Shown in pieces: positions 9,200 to 16,631 of a stretch of 34,059 nt of DNA; position 1 is the first letter of the stretch; each line of letters begins with the position of its first letter. The stretch covers positions 1 through 34,059 of the IMG/VR virus record IMGVR_UViG_3300030376_003719; one strand, written 5' to 3'. The notes under the pieces were generated by a model. The model was given only the letters and a program-made list of their open reading frames with translations. It had not been told where the DNA came from and searched no databases. Origin of the DNA: a virus (lineage: Duplodnaviria > Caudoviricetes). The translations under genes were made by a program, and so were the position numbers.

Positions 9200-10605
9200 C
9201 AGTCAATTTTGTGACCGCGAAAACAGGCATCTTCGCACGCCTTGGCAAAATCTTTGGCGTTTGCGATCGCCTGGAAGACTTCCAGTCTGATGTTGTAGAC
9301 AACGCTTCCAAGAGTTTTCAGGAAGCAATCAATGAGTATGTCAACACCCTTGGCGCAACTGCAAACACTGACTTGGACATGGCATCGTCTCTGATCTCAG
9401 GATTGGACGACATGCGGAACACTTTGGCTGCGCCTGTATACAACAGGCTCAAAGTTGCTGCGACTGTGACACTCATCACAATGATGGACGATGATGCCAA
9501 GCTGGCAACCAAGACGACTGAAGCTGCATTGCGTGAGCTTCGTGACCAGATGGTTGCAAACAGCAAGACAGTTGACGGGACCACGGTGACTATTGGAACG
9601 CCAAGCGTCAGCGGGACCGGCAACGGGACTGTCGTTGCCAGTGTTGAGCCTGACAACTTGTACCATCGAACAGTCACCGCTTTGCCTACTGCGCGAAGCG
9701 AGACTATCAAGATGACTTGTGTCAAGGATGCGACCAGTCCCAATGTCGTCGCTGGTGCCGAGATATTTGCTGTCGAAGGTGACGTTGCATACCCTGCGAC
9801 AGACCACAGATGGCCTGGTGGCTCAGGCAATGTCGGTCGCATCGCGTGTTTTTCAGACAACCTGAATGACGGACGCGGCACGCGAAACATGCTACGCAAC
9901 TCGAACTTCGAGAACTGGAGCGCACACACACCAAAGGCGTGGGCGATCCCAACTGGTTCTGCCGGATCAGAAGTTCTGCAAGACAGCAGCCTGTTTGCAA
10001 GGGGCAGCAACTCTCTGAAGATGGTCAGCGATGGGTCAACCCTGATTAGATGTCACCAGCAACTGAACAGCACATCCGGGTCACCATCGAAGCCTTCTGT
10101 TGACGACCTCTATGTCATCTCTCTTCTTGCACGCAAGAGCGGAACAGGATCTAGTGCAGGAGCGTTGAAGGTCGGACTTGCCCAATCTGACGGAACTGGT
10201 GTCAGCAACTCTACGTTCACTACAGCTCACGGCAGCATCTCTGACTCGGCATGGACTCATCTGACATACAGTTTTCGCGCTGGTGGCACAGGGTTGTCCT
10301 TGCCAAAAGACATGTATTTCATGATCCAGCAGTCAACCGCATTCACCAATGGAACTAACCTTCACATTGACGGCCTCGTTTTGGCGAAGATGCACAAGAC
10401 AGCGTTGGGTGGTGTCGCGCTTGGTATCGTGCCAGGTTCGACGGACTTCATTGTTGGCGACACAATTAGCGTGCAGATCACCAACAATGGCGAGGGAGAC
10501 ATGGAGCGTTTCTTGGACAAGTTCTTCAACACATATCAGTCAGGGATTTTCATGCCGCAGGATCTTGCAGGCTCCGAGACTGTTGCTGACAGCTTGATTA
10601 GCTAG
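9196..10605 (+). CDS. Virion protein with carbohydrate-binding-module-like domain
   Basis: 469 aa; NMLRNSNFENW...G.NSLK...WT...F...IDGLVL resembles a CBM4/9-type beta-sandwich; last gene of the late block. Confidence 0.6.
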   Translation: MTVNFVTAKTGIFARLGKIFGVCDRLEDFQSDVVDNASKSFQEAINEYVNTLGATANTDLDMASSLISGLDDMRNTLAAPVYNRLKVAATVTLITMMDDDAKLATKTTEAALRELRDQMVANSKTVDGTTVTIGTPSVSGTGNGTVVASVEPDNLYHRTVTALPTARSETIKMTCVKDATSPNVVAGAEIFAVEGDVAYPATDHRWPGGSGNVGRIACFSDNLNDGRGTRNMLRNSNFENWSAHTPKAWAIPTGSAGSEVLQDSSLFARGSNSLKMVSDGSTLIRCHQQLNSTSGSPSKPSVDDLYVISLLARKSGTGSSAGALKVGLAQSDGTGVSNSTFTTAHGSISDSAWTHLTYSFRAGGTGLSLPKDMYFMIQQSTAFTNGTNLHIDGLVLAKMHKTALGGVALGIVPGSTDFIVGDTISVQITNNGEGDMERFLDKFFNTYQSGIFMPQDLAGSETVADSLIS

Positions 10606-10615
10606 TAGACTGCTC

Positions 10616-10709
10616 AGGACGCGAAAGCGTCCTCCCTTTCCCGCGCTCCCGTCGAGGCAACTCCGGGAGCGCGGTTCTTATATGAGAACACCCCGCGCAT
10701 GGCGGGGTG
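10616..10709 (+). terminator. Cluster of four hairpins after the last late gene (terminator and/or structured RNA)
   Basis: AGGACGC-GAAA-GCGTCCT (10616-10633); 11-bp stem 10641-10651/10664-10674 capped by GAG-GCAA-CTC; weak 10674-10689; CACCCCGC/GCGGGGTG (10689-10709). Confidence 0.55.
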
Positions 10710-10982
10710 CCTTGACCCTTGTGTAAATTGGGACAGCACTGAAGCTGAGAATGCGCGAACGCGCTTGGGTCTATGTACCTGACAGTCCCGCACAGCGATC
10801 CTGACCGCCTTGGGCAAAAAAAAGGTATATCCCCCCATCTATATATAGGATGGCCCACAGGGCGCGTCTGGCCCTGAGAATCCAAAATATATTTCAACCC
10901 CCAAAAACGCTATTCTGAGGCTGCCAGGGCTGTTTTTCACCCTACAAAGGGTATGCAAAGGTAAAAACAAAGGGTCTACCAC

Positions 10983-11010
10983 TTGCATATTGCCTAGAGT
11001 TTGGTATAAT
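10983..11010 (+). promoter_or_regulatory. Strong sigma70-type early promoter
   Basis: TTGCAT (10983-10988), 16 nt, perfect TATAAT (11005-11010) with extended -10 TG; A-rich upstream; start expected near 11016-11018. Confidence 0.8.
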
Positions 11011-11016
11011 GAAAGT

Positions 11017-11648
11017 GTCGAAAGGGGCGAAAGCCAACCTCGACCACAAGGGCTGGGCAGGTCTAAGACCTCCGAGCAGCAGAAATACTCAGAACGCAGG
11101 TTCATTCGCAAGTCCACAAAACTGCCTCTGACGAAACAAAGACCCCGAAGTCGAGGGGACTAGATGGCAAGCCCAGTCCTTGTGGTCAAGAGAGGCGGAA
11201 GCCAATTTCGACTAGCACAAAGGCGTGCTGAAAAGACAGGCAAGTATGGCAGACCAAAACCAGAAAGCCGTGGTGAGTAGGATAAACCGCCTTTGCGCTA
11301 GTCGGGATTGACAAGCCCAGATCATCAAGGGGGCAGCAGCCTACTTTGGAAACAGCCTATCGGGCGAGTTGCGGCGGCTCTTCGGAGCAACAACAGATCG
11401 CAGAGTGCAGGTAGGTCAGTACGGGTAGGTTGCTGCACCCACCATCTTTGACAAGTTAGTAGAACGGGTATCCCTTCCCAAGTCCTAGATTGAAGATCCG
11501 AAAGATTGTCCTCGGACATGACGTTTCCTCTCATCTGGCGGCCTCTGAAAGATGGCGAAAGGGTCGAAGAGATCACTGAACAACGCTTCACATCTCCAGA
11601 CTGCAAGTAGCTTCCAAGCCACAAGAAGGGATGCTCGTTTCACTAACT
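11017..11648 (+). ncRNA. Candidate large structured RNA/leader with four long-stem-closed domains
   Basis: Stems 11042-11058/11171-11187, 11203-11225/11288-11310, 11333-11344/11425-11436, 11454-11477/11625-11648; G-U pairs outnumber A-C mismatches on +; GNRA and UUCG tetraloops; no credible ORF. Confidence 0.75.
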
Positions 11649-11668
11649 CATCTTTGAAAGGGATGCAC

Positions 11669-11821
11669 ATGAGTATCAGCACCACATGCGATGTGTGTGA
11701 ACACGTCATGAGCCGAGAAGAAGAGGCCACTCTGGTCACTTTCACAGGACACGAACACGAAGGTCGAGTTCTTTGTCTTGACTGCATGGCAAAGGTCATT
11801 GACGAAACCGTCGTTTCCTAA
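11669..11821 (+). CDS. Small zinc-finger protein (50 aa)
   Basis: CDVC...CLDC; starts at the ATG of the repeat, not the track's 11552. Confidence 0.7.
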   Translation: MSISTTCDVCEHVMSREEEATLVTFTGHEHEGRVLCLDCMAKVIDETVVS

Positions 11822-11845
11822 AAACCATCTTTGAAAGGGATGCAC

Positions 11846-12133
11846 ATGACTACACGATCAGCTATCAAGACACGCTTTGTCGGTCCCACCAATCACCGAC
11901 CCGCTAGGATCATCGCCAGCGATGGACGAACCGGGATGGACAGTTGGAGACTCACGGTCAGCTATGACCATGCGCTCAACATCGACGAGAACCACCAGGC
12001 TGCGGCTCAAGCGTGGATGCACAAGTTTCTCGACACGCGCTTCGGCAAGCCTGTGGTGTTCGGCCCCGGTTACGTCTACGGCGAAGATATGTTCTGGTCG
12101 TGGGAGTTTGTGGAGGACAAAGCCAATGTCTAA
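11846..12133 (+). CDS. Phage early hypothetical protein
   Basis: IKTRFVGPTNHRPARIIA motif; repeat RBS. Confidence 0.75.
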   Translation: MTTRSAIKTRFVGPTNHRPARIIASDGRTGMDSWRLTVSYDHALNIDENHQAAAQAWMHKFLDTRFGKPVVFGPGYVYGEDMFWSWEFVEDKANV

Positions 12134-12386
12134 GAACAAGACCTTGGAGGATTTCAATGTGTCACTGACTATCACCCCGCATCCTGCGCGTGCGCGTATC
12201 TACGCCACGCTGCGGGAGGCGGAAGACGCGGCGATCCTCTTCAACGCAGAAGTTCACTCTGACCTCCAGGCCCACGCTGCGCTCGATGGGTACTACCACG
12301 ACGCAGGCGCAAAAGTCACAGTCAGCTTTGTCAGAGACCTCGACTCAGAGCGTAAGTGTTTCACAGTAATCGGATGGCTTGCATAA
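12126..12386 (+). CDS. Hypothetical early protein
   Basis: GGAGG RBS then ATG 12126 (MSKNKTLEDF...). Confidence 0.65.
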   Translation: MSKNKTLEDFNVSLTITPHPARARIYATLREAEDAAILFNAEVHSDLQAHAALDGYYHDAGAKVTVSFVRDLDSERKCFTVIGWLA

Positions 12387-12401
12387 CTGAAAGGGATGCA
12401 C

Positions 12402-12671
12402 ATGAGCGAACAAGGACCGGAATACATTGTCTTTCACAGAACATGGTGGCGCAAAAACGCAGACTGGCCTCGCGGCTTGGAGCCTTGGCTCGGCAACAAG
12501 ACCAAAATATGCCATGTGAAGACTGAGGAGGAAGCGCGGAAAGAGTGCTACGACTGGAACTTCAGATTCAACCTGTGCCGCACGCACAAAAAGAAGGACA
12601 AGGAACTCGGAAGAAAGGCCGAGTACATGAGGGCCGATCTGTACAAGCGGCGGCAAGGGCCGCAAAATTGA
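12402..12671 (+). CDS. Basic hypothetical early protein
   Basis: Repeat RBS; YIVFHRTWWRKN...TEEEARKEC..WN. Confidence 0.7.
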   Translation: MSEQGPEYIVFHRTWWRKNADWPRGLEPWLGNKTKICHVKTEEEARKECYDWNFRFNLCRTHKKKDKELGRKAEYMRADLYKRRQGPQN

Positions 12672-12682
12672 AAGGGATACAC

Positions 12683-13138
12683 ATGACTACCGAAAACATT
12701 CTTCACCACATTTCCACTACCCGCACCGCCCTTGAGAATTGCCGAACGTCAGGCAACATCGAATGGGAGGAGCGGCACAGTGAGCGTCTGTTCCAGCTTG
12801 TTGGTCATCTCAGCGGCAACGGCACTGCCATCGAACTGTCCGAGAGCATGACCAACATGCACGGCCCTGATGAAGACCCTGAAGCTCTGGTGTTCAGCCT
12901 GATGCACAACATGATCACTGAGCATGGCATGGACGATGGACGATTCGAGATGACTATCATTCTCCGTCCCGGATTCCTCAGTCCCAACATCACTGTCGAA
13001 GCACCACGCAGTGCGTTCGAGGAGCGTTGGCCGCATGAGGACTATGACCGATTCATCGACTTCATGACTGACGTTCTGATGTCACGACTCGAAGAGCCTG
13101 CGCCTCAAGCGTGGATTGCTGCGCTGGTCGGCAACTGA
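12683..13138 (+). CDS. Acidic hypothetical early protein
   Basis: Repeat RBS; NC..SGN.EW...H and H...EHGM.DG motifs. Confidence 0.7.
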   Translation: MTTENILHHISTTRTALENCRTSGNIEWEERHSERLFQLVGHLSGNGTAIELSESMTNMHGPDEDPEALVFSLMHNMITEHGMDDGRFEMTIILRPGFLSPNITVEAPRSAFEERWPHEDYDRFIDFMTDVLMSRLEEPAPQAWIAALVGN

Positions 13139-13152
13139 TTATCATCCCCTTC

Positions 13153-13188
13153 AGCCCCCACACTCCTTCGCGGGGTGTAGGGGGTTTT
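13153..13188 (+). terminator. Rho-independent terminator ending the first early operon
   Basis: AGCCCCC-ACACTCC-TTCGC-GGGGTGT-A-GGGGG followed by TTTT. Confidence 0.7.
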
Positions 13189-13211
13189 AGCTACAGAAAG
13201 AGAGCAATCAA

Positions 13212-13994
13212 TTGTGGATCATCCCATCAACCATATTAGCCTCTGCGCCGGATACGGTGGTATCGATCTCGGACTCGAGCGCGTTCTGCCAACATGCAGA
13301 ACAATCACTTATGTGGAGATCGAAGCCTTCGCCATCGCAAACCTGGTTGCGAAGATGGAAGCGGGAAAGCTGGCTCCAGCTCCTGTCTGGACGGACCTGC
13401 ACACCTTTCCGTTCGATCAGTTTCACGGAGTGGTGGATATCATCACTGCGGGCTTTCCGTGTCAACCCTTTAGTCAATCCGGCAAGCGTGACGGTGTCAG
13501 AGACAAACGACACTTGTGGCCCCGGATCGCCGAGGGCATCCGACGATCCCGACCAACTCTTGTTTTTATGGAGAACGTTGACGGCATCGCAACAGCCAAG
13601 TCGCCTGGTTACCACTCAGTTCTCCAGCATGTCCTTGCAGACTTGGAAGGGATGGGTTTCAGAGCGACGGCAGGACTCTACACGGCGGCTGAAGTCGGCG
13701 CACCGCACCTGCGAAAGCGATGGTTCGTCCTTGGCTTGGCCGACACCAACGACAGCGGAGGCGGGCAAGATAGGCAACAGAGCGAACCACGGCCAACGAG
13801 GCTTGAGCAACCACCCGACACTTCAAGGTGTTTGCAACCGCAAGCCATTGAACAAGTCACGCGGTGGCCTGCCGGACCAGCCGAGGAACAACACGATTGG
13901 GAAAAGCCGAGGACAATTGAACGTGCAGTGGGTCGAGCAACTAATGGGGCTACCACTAGGTTGGACCGCCTTAGATTGCTTGGGAATGGAGTAG
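13212..13994 (+). CDS. Overlapping alternative-frame (beta) polypeptide of the C5 methyltransferase
   Basis: 260-codon frame nested in the MTase carrying WPTP and LNVQWVEQLMGLPLGWT (motif IX-like); true start may be internal. Confidence 0.75.
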   Translation: MWIIPSTILASAPDTVVSISDSSAFCQHAEQSLMWRSKPSPSQTWLRRWKRESWLQLLSGRTCTPFRSISFTEWWISSLRAFRVNPLVNPASVTVSETNDTCGPGSPRASDDPDQLLFLWRTLTASQQPSRLVTTQFSSMSLQTWKGWVSERRQDSTRRLKSAHRTCESDGSSLAWPTPTTAEAGKIGNRANHGQRGLSNHPTLQGVCNRKPLNKSRGGLPDQPRNNTIGKSRGQLNVQWVEQLMGLPLGWTALDCLGME

Positions 13995-14053
13995 TGCCGC
14001 AACAAGCCGCAAAGGCGTTTGTGGAGCTTATGGAGGAATTGACCAATGAATGA
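13214..14053 (+). CDS. DNA (cytosine-5) methyltransferase, large (alpha) polypeptide
   Basis: Motif I SLCAGYGG, IV GFPCQPFS, VI ENV, VIII R.RWF, X LGNGVVP; motif IX absent in this frame. Confidence 0.92.
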   Translation: MDHPINHISLCAGYGGIDLGLERVLPTCRTITYVEIEAFAIANLVAKMEAGKLAPAPVWTDLHTFPFDQFHGVVDIITAGFPCQPFSQSGKRDGVRDKRHLWPRIAEGIRRSRPTLVFMENVDGIATAKSPGYHSVLQHVLADLEGMGFRATAGLYTAAEVGAPHLRKRWFVLGLADTNDSGGGQDRQQSEPRPTRLEQPPDTSRCLQPQAIEQVTRWPAGPAEEQHDWEKPRTIERAVGRATNGATTRLDRLRLLGNGVVPQQAAKAFVELMEELTNE

Positions 14054-14237
14054 ACAAATCTTCGAAGGGCTTAGAGCGATCTATTTGTGTACCGTCGATC
14101 GAGGAATAACGCTTCGGCGCGATCCGCAAGTGCTGGAGGCTGCGAGATGGATCGCAGGCGTACTTGACGAATGGGAGCAGGGAAAAGTAAAGCCTGCACG
14201 CCCGACCCGTCGATGCAGATACTGTGGACAACGATGA
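14046..14237 (+). CDS. Hypothetical protein
   Basis: GGAGG RBS, overlap with MTase stop; C-terminal CRYC. Confidence 0.6.
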   Translation: MNEQIFEGLRAIYLCTVDRGITLRRDPQVLEAARWIAGVLDEWEQGKVKPARPTRRCRYCGQR

Positions 14238-14365
14238 AGAAGCCCACGATGTACGAGGTGATCCGATTTGTTGAGATGCTTGCACTGCTTGCAGGCGTGG
14301 CGTTTTTCGGAACAATGCTTGTGACACTCATGATCGAGTGCGTCGAGCGCAACGGATTCTATTGA
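14234..14365 (+). CDS. Small membrane protein (43 aa)
   Basis: ATGA coupling; one hydrophobic helix. Confidence 0.55.
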   Translation: MKKPTMYEVIRFVEMLALLAGVAFFGTMLVTLMIECVERNGFY

Positions 14366-14375
14366 AAGGGAACCG

Positions 14376-14639
14376 ATGGCAGAAATCAACATTGAACAAG
14401 CGGAAGCGATGTTTCACAAAGGACTTGATGTGTGCGGCGATGCGCTGGATCTACTCGATCAGCCACACCGTGATCCGTCTCCCGCAGAAGTGTCGGGCCT
14501 GCTCACGGGCTTGCTTGGTTTTGTGATCCAGAAGGCGGGTGGGCCTGGACCAGCACAGGATGTACTTGACCAGTGCTGGACAATGGCTCTGGATGGTCAC
14601 AGGGTTCTGATTGAAAGAGAGCGTGCAGAAGATGTGTGA
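14376..14639 (+). CDS. Hypothetical protein
   Basis: GAAAGGGA RBS; 87 aa helical. Confidence 0.65.
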   Translation: MAEINIEQAEAMFHKGLDVCGDALDLLDQPHRDPSPAEVSGLLTGLLGFVIQKAGGPGPAQDVLDQCWTMALDGHRVLIERERAEDV

Positions 14640-14919
14640 AGTCGAATCAAGACAAATTGATCCGTCAGCGATCACCGTGATCTACGGAGGAGGCAAGCTC
14701 CTCGGAGCTTTCTACAAAGGCTTTTGGCTCACGATCACCCGTGAGGATTGCGATATCGATGAGGATGGGGTGTACAACAATTCCAAACTCAGCGCAGAAT
14801 ATCGAGAGCTTGAAGCCCAACCGATGCAGGTGAGGAGAAGCGGAGTAGTTCCAATTTCCCCGTACTCGATAGGCTTCGAGGACATTGCGAAGTGGCTGGA
14901 CGAAGAGTTCCAGCTATGA
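14632..14919 (+). CDS. Hypothetical protein
   Basis: Overlapping start (MCEVESRQ...), packed operon. Confidence 0.55.
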   Translation: MCEVESRQIDPSAITVIYGGGKLLGAFYKGFWLTITREDCDIDEDGVYNNSKLSAEYRELEAQPMQVRRSGVVPISPYSIGFEDIAKWLDEEFQL

Positions 14920-15341
14920 TGCCAGTCATGGATACACCGGATCTACGATCACTGCTGCTCTTCCTTGCTGAATCGCAGAAGGACATATTGGCTGCGACCT
15001 TGATTGATCGTATGCCTCTGCCTGATGCGGAGAGTGACGATGGGGATCCTCGCACCCTGATGCGATCTCTGCGTGCAAGCATCGAGGTGCTGATAGACAT
15101 AGAGGCGAGGATCGACATGCTTGAACTTGCCGCAGAGACGGTGCCAGGTGACTGGACGGCCAAGCAGTATGCCGGACACCTGCGAGGCTCTCTGCTTGCA
15201 GCAGTGCAGGACCGCGACAACTTTGTGAGCGAATCGGTTACGTTCACGATGTACAAGCACGCACGGTTGCGCTCGATCAGTTGGTGCGCGGATCAGCTCG
15301 ATGATCTTGGTGCGAAGTACACGGAGGGAATGGATGAATGA
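14916..15341 (+). CDS. Hypothetical protein
   Basis: ATGA coupling at 14916. Confidence 0.6.
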   Translation: MMPVMDTPDLRSLLLFLAESQKDILAATLIDRMPLPDAESDDGDPRTLMRSLRASIEVLIDIEARIDMLELAAETVPGDWTAKQYAGHLRGSLLAAVQDRDNFVSESVTFTMYKHARLRSISWCADQLDDLGAKYTEGMDE

Positions 15342-15499
15342 TCGACTGGACAAAGGAACAGATACGGAAGCAACACAGGGCATTCGTTCTGGATCATTAT
15401 CAATCTTGGAAGGATGCAGCGATCATCACTGCGAAACTCAGCGGATGGACCGTCGAGGATGTGATGGATGCTCTGAAAGAAGAAGGGGAAACATCGTGA
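15338..15499 (+). CDS. Hypothetical 53-aa protein (not in ORF track)
   Basis: ATGA overlap upstream and GTGA overlap downstream; MIDWTKEQIRKQHRAFVLDHYQSWKDAAIITAKLSGWTVEDVMDALKEEGETS. Confidence 0.6.
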   Translation: MIDWTKEQIRKQHRAFVLDHYQSWKDAAIITAKLSGWTVEDVMDALKEEGETS

Positions 15500-15651
15500 T
15501 TGGAATCTACGCATTGGTCATGCTTGCGATCTTGCTTGGACTGCTCATCGGTCTGGTGATGTCATCCGTGGTCGCGGAGTGGGGCGAAGACGCAGGTATT
15601 GTCAAAACGCAACAAGGCGAGAAACATGAAGGAACAAACAACACTGATTGA
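15496..15651 (+). CDS. Small membrane protein (51 aa)
   Basis: GTG start after GAAGGGG; single TM helix. Confidence 0.55.
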   Translation: MIGIYALVMLAILLGLLIGLVMSSVVAEWGEDAGIVKTQQGEKHEGTNNTD

Positions 15652-15832
15652 GGAGTTTTGCCAACTGTATCGTTTGTGCAAAACCCTCGACTTCAAAGAA
15701 CTCAAGGTACAATTTCCTGGTCGCGCTGCTGAGTTCAGCGCGATGCAACACACTCTCAACCAAATCGAAAGGGAAATAAATGAGAGACAACACACTAGCT
15801 ACGAGGACTGCTCCAGAGCTTCCGGTCGGTGA
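15626..15832 (+). CDS. Hypothetical protein
   Basis: ATG 15626 (MKEQTTLIEEF...), packed operon. Confidence 0.5.
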   Translation: MKEQTTLIEEFCQLYRLCKTLDFKELKVQFPGRAAEFSAMQHTLNQIEREINERQHTSYEDCSRASGR

Positions 15833-16631
15833 GGTCGCAAAGTATTTCGTGCAGTCTGGTATGTTTCCAGACACCAAGCAGCTTGCGACCGCTGCAACCA
15901 AGCTCATCGTTGGTCGTGGCCTCGGCCTCAGCGACTACGACTGCATGGGTGGTTTGCACATCATCCAAGGCAAAGCAGTGCTTGCCAGCAACGCCATGAG
16001 CGCGGCCATCAAGGCCAGCGGCAAGTACGAGTACCGCGTCGTTGAGCAAACGGAAAGCAAGTGCGTCATCGACTTTTTCATGGTTCACGGTGGCAAGCTG
16101 GGTGACAAAATTGGTTCAACCACATGGACGATGGAGAAGGCGAAGCGGGCTGGCCTGAACGGTCAGAACTGGAAGAAGTATCCGGAGGCCATGCTGTTTG
16201 CCCGTGCAATCAGCGAGGGATACCGGACGCATTGCCCGGACGCGCTCGGATGCTCTGCGCCTGTCTACGTCGAGGCTCATGGCGAGTCAGAGATTCCTGG
16301 TACAGAGCCTCAGATCGTTGACACCACTGCAACCGTGGTGGAGGAGCAGCTTGAGAAGCGCAAGAACAAGGAACTTGATCGAGAGACTTTGCGGGGCCGA
16401 CACATTGACAGGGTTCAGGAAGCAAGCTCTGGTCAATACAAGTGGGATGTCATCATGGTCGAGGGTGATGAACGCAGGTTCTCGACGTTCTCAAAGACTA
16501 TGGGCAAGGTCGCCCGCGCAGCACAGGTTGAAAAGGTCATGTGCGACGTTGAAGTCGTCTTGATCGAGAAGCCGAACGGTGACCAGCACTGGAACCTCGC
16601 TGAAATCGAAGCGATGGAAGGAGCGTCTTGA
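15780..16631 (+). CDS. Single-strand annealing recombinase (RecT/Red-beta-like)
   Basis: HIIQGK...AKRAGL...NWKKYPEAMLFARAIS...CPDALG; adjacent to Gp157. Confidence 0.8.
   Translation: MRDNTLATRTAPELPVGEVAKYFVQSGMFPDTKQLATAATKLIVGRGLGLSDYDCMGGLHIIQGKAVLASNAMSAAIKASGKYEYRVVEQTESKCVIDFFMVHGGKLGDKIGSTTWTMEKAKRAGLNGQNWKKYPEAMLFARAISEGYRTHCPDALGCSAPVYVEAHGESEIPGTEPQIVDTTATVVEEQLEKRKNKELDRETLRGRHIDRVQEASSGQYKWDVIMVEGDERRFSTFSKTMGKVARAAQVEKVMCDVEVVLIEKPNGDQHWNLAEIEAMEGAS

Larger units (their letters stand above)
11649..12686 (+). repeat. Repeated translation-initiation cassette CATCTTTGAAAGGGATGCACATGA
   Basis: Identical 24-mers at 11649-11672 and 11826-11849; 18-mer at 12388-12405; one-mismatch copy at 12668-12686; each ends in a start codon. 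Confidence 0.9.

Noticed and set aside
10729-10790. tRNA gene
   Set aside because: Cloverleaf-like but no TTC T-loop, no 7-nt anticodon loop and no 7-bp acceptor stem
11128-11150. Hammerhead ribozyme core (CTGACGA)
   Set aside because: No stem II followed by GAAA and no matching cleavage triplet geometry found
11308-11476. Two perfect TTGACA hexamers as -35 boxes
   Set aside because: No -10-like sequence 16-18 nt downstream of either
11017-11648. Retron msr-msd, DGR template or group I/II intron
   Set aside because: No reverse transcriptase in the window, no TR/VR pair, no interrupted gene or recognisable catalytic core
10598-11799. Short ORFs in the control region (10598-10897, 10839-11117, 11325-11624, 11485-11799, 11552 extension)
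   Set aside because: No RBS or protein-like composition; region is better explained by promoter and RNA structure
11649-12686. CRISPR array or attachment sites
   Set aside because: Repeats are separated by whole genes of unequal length and end in start codons; no cas or integrase
15301-15651. 116-aa ORF as one gene
   Set aside because: Better explained by two coupled genes, 15338-15499 and 15496-15651
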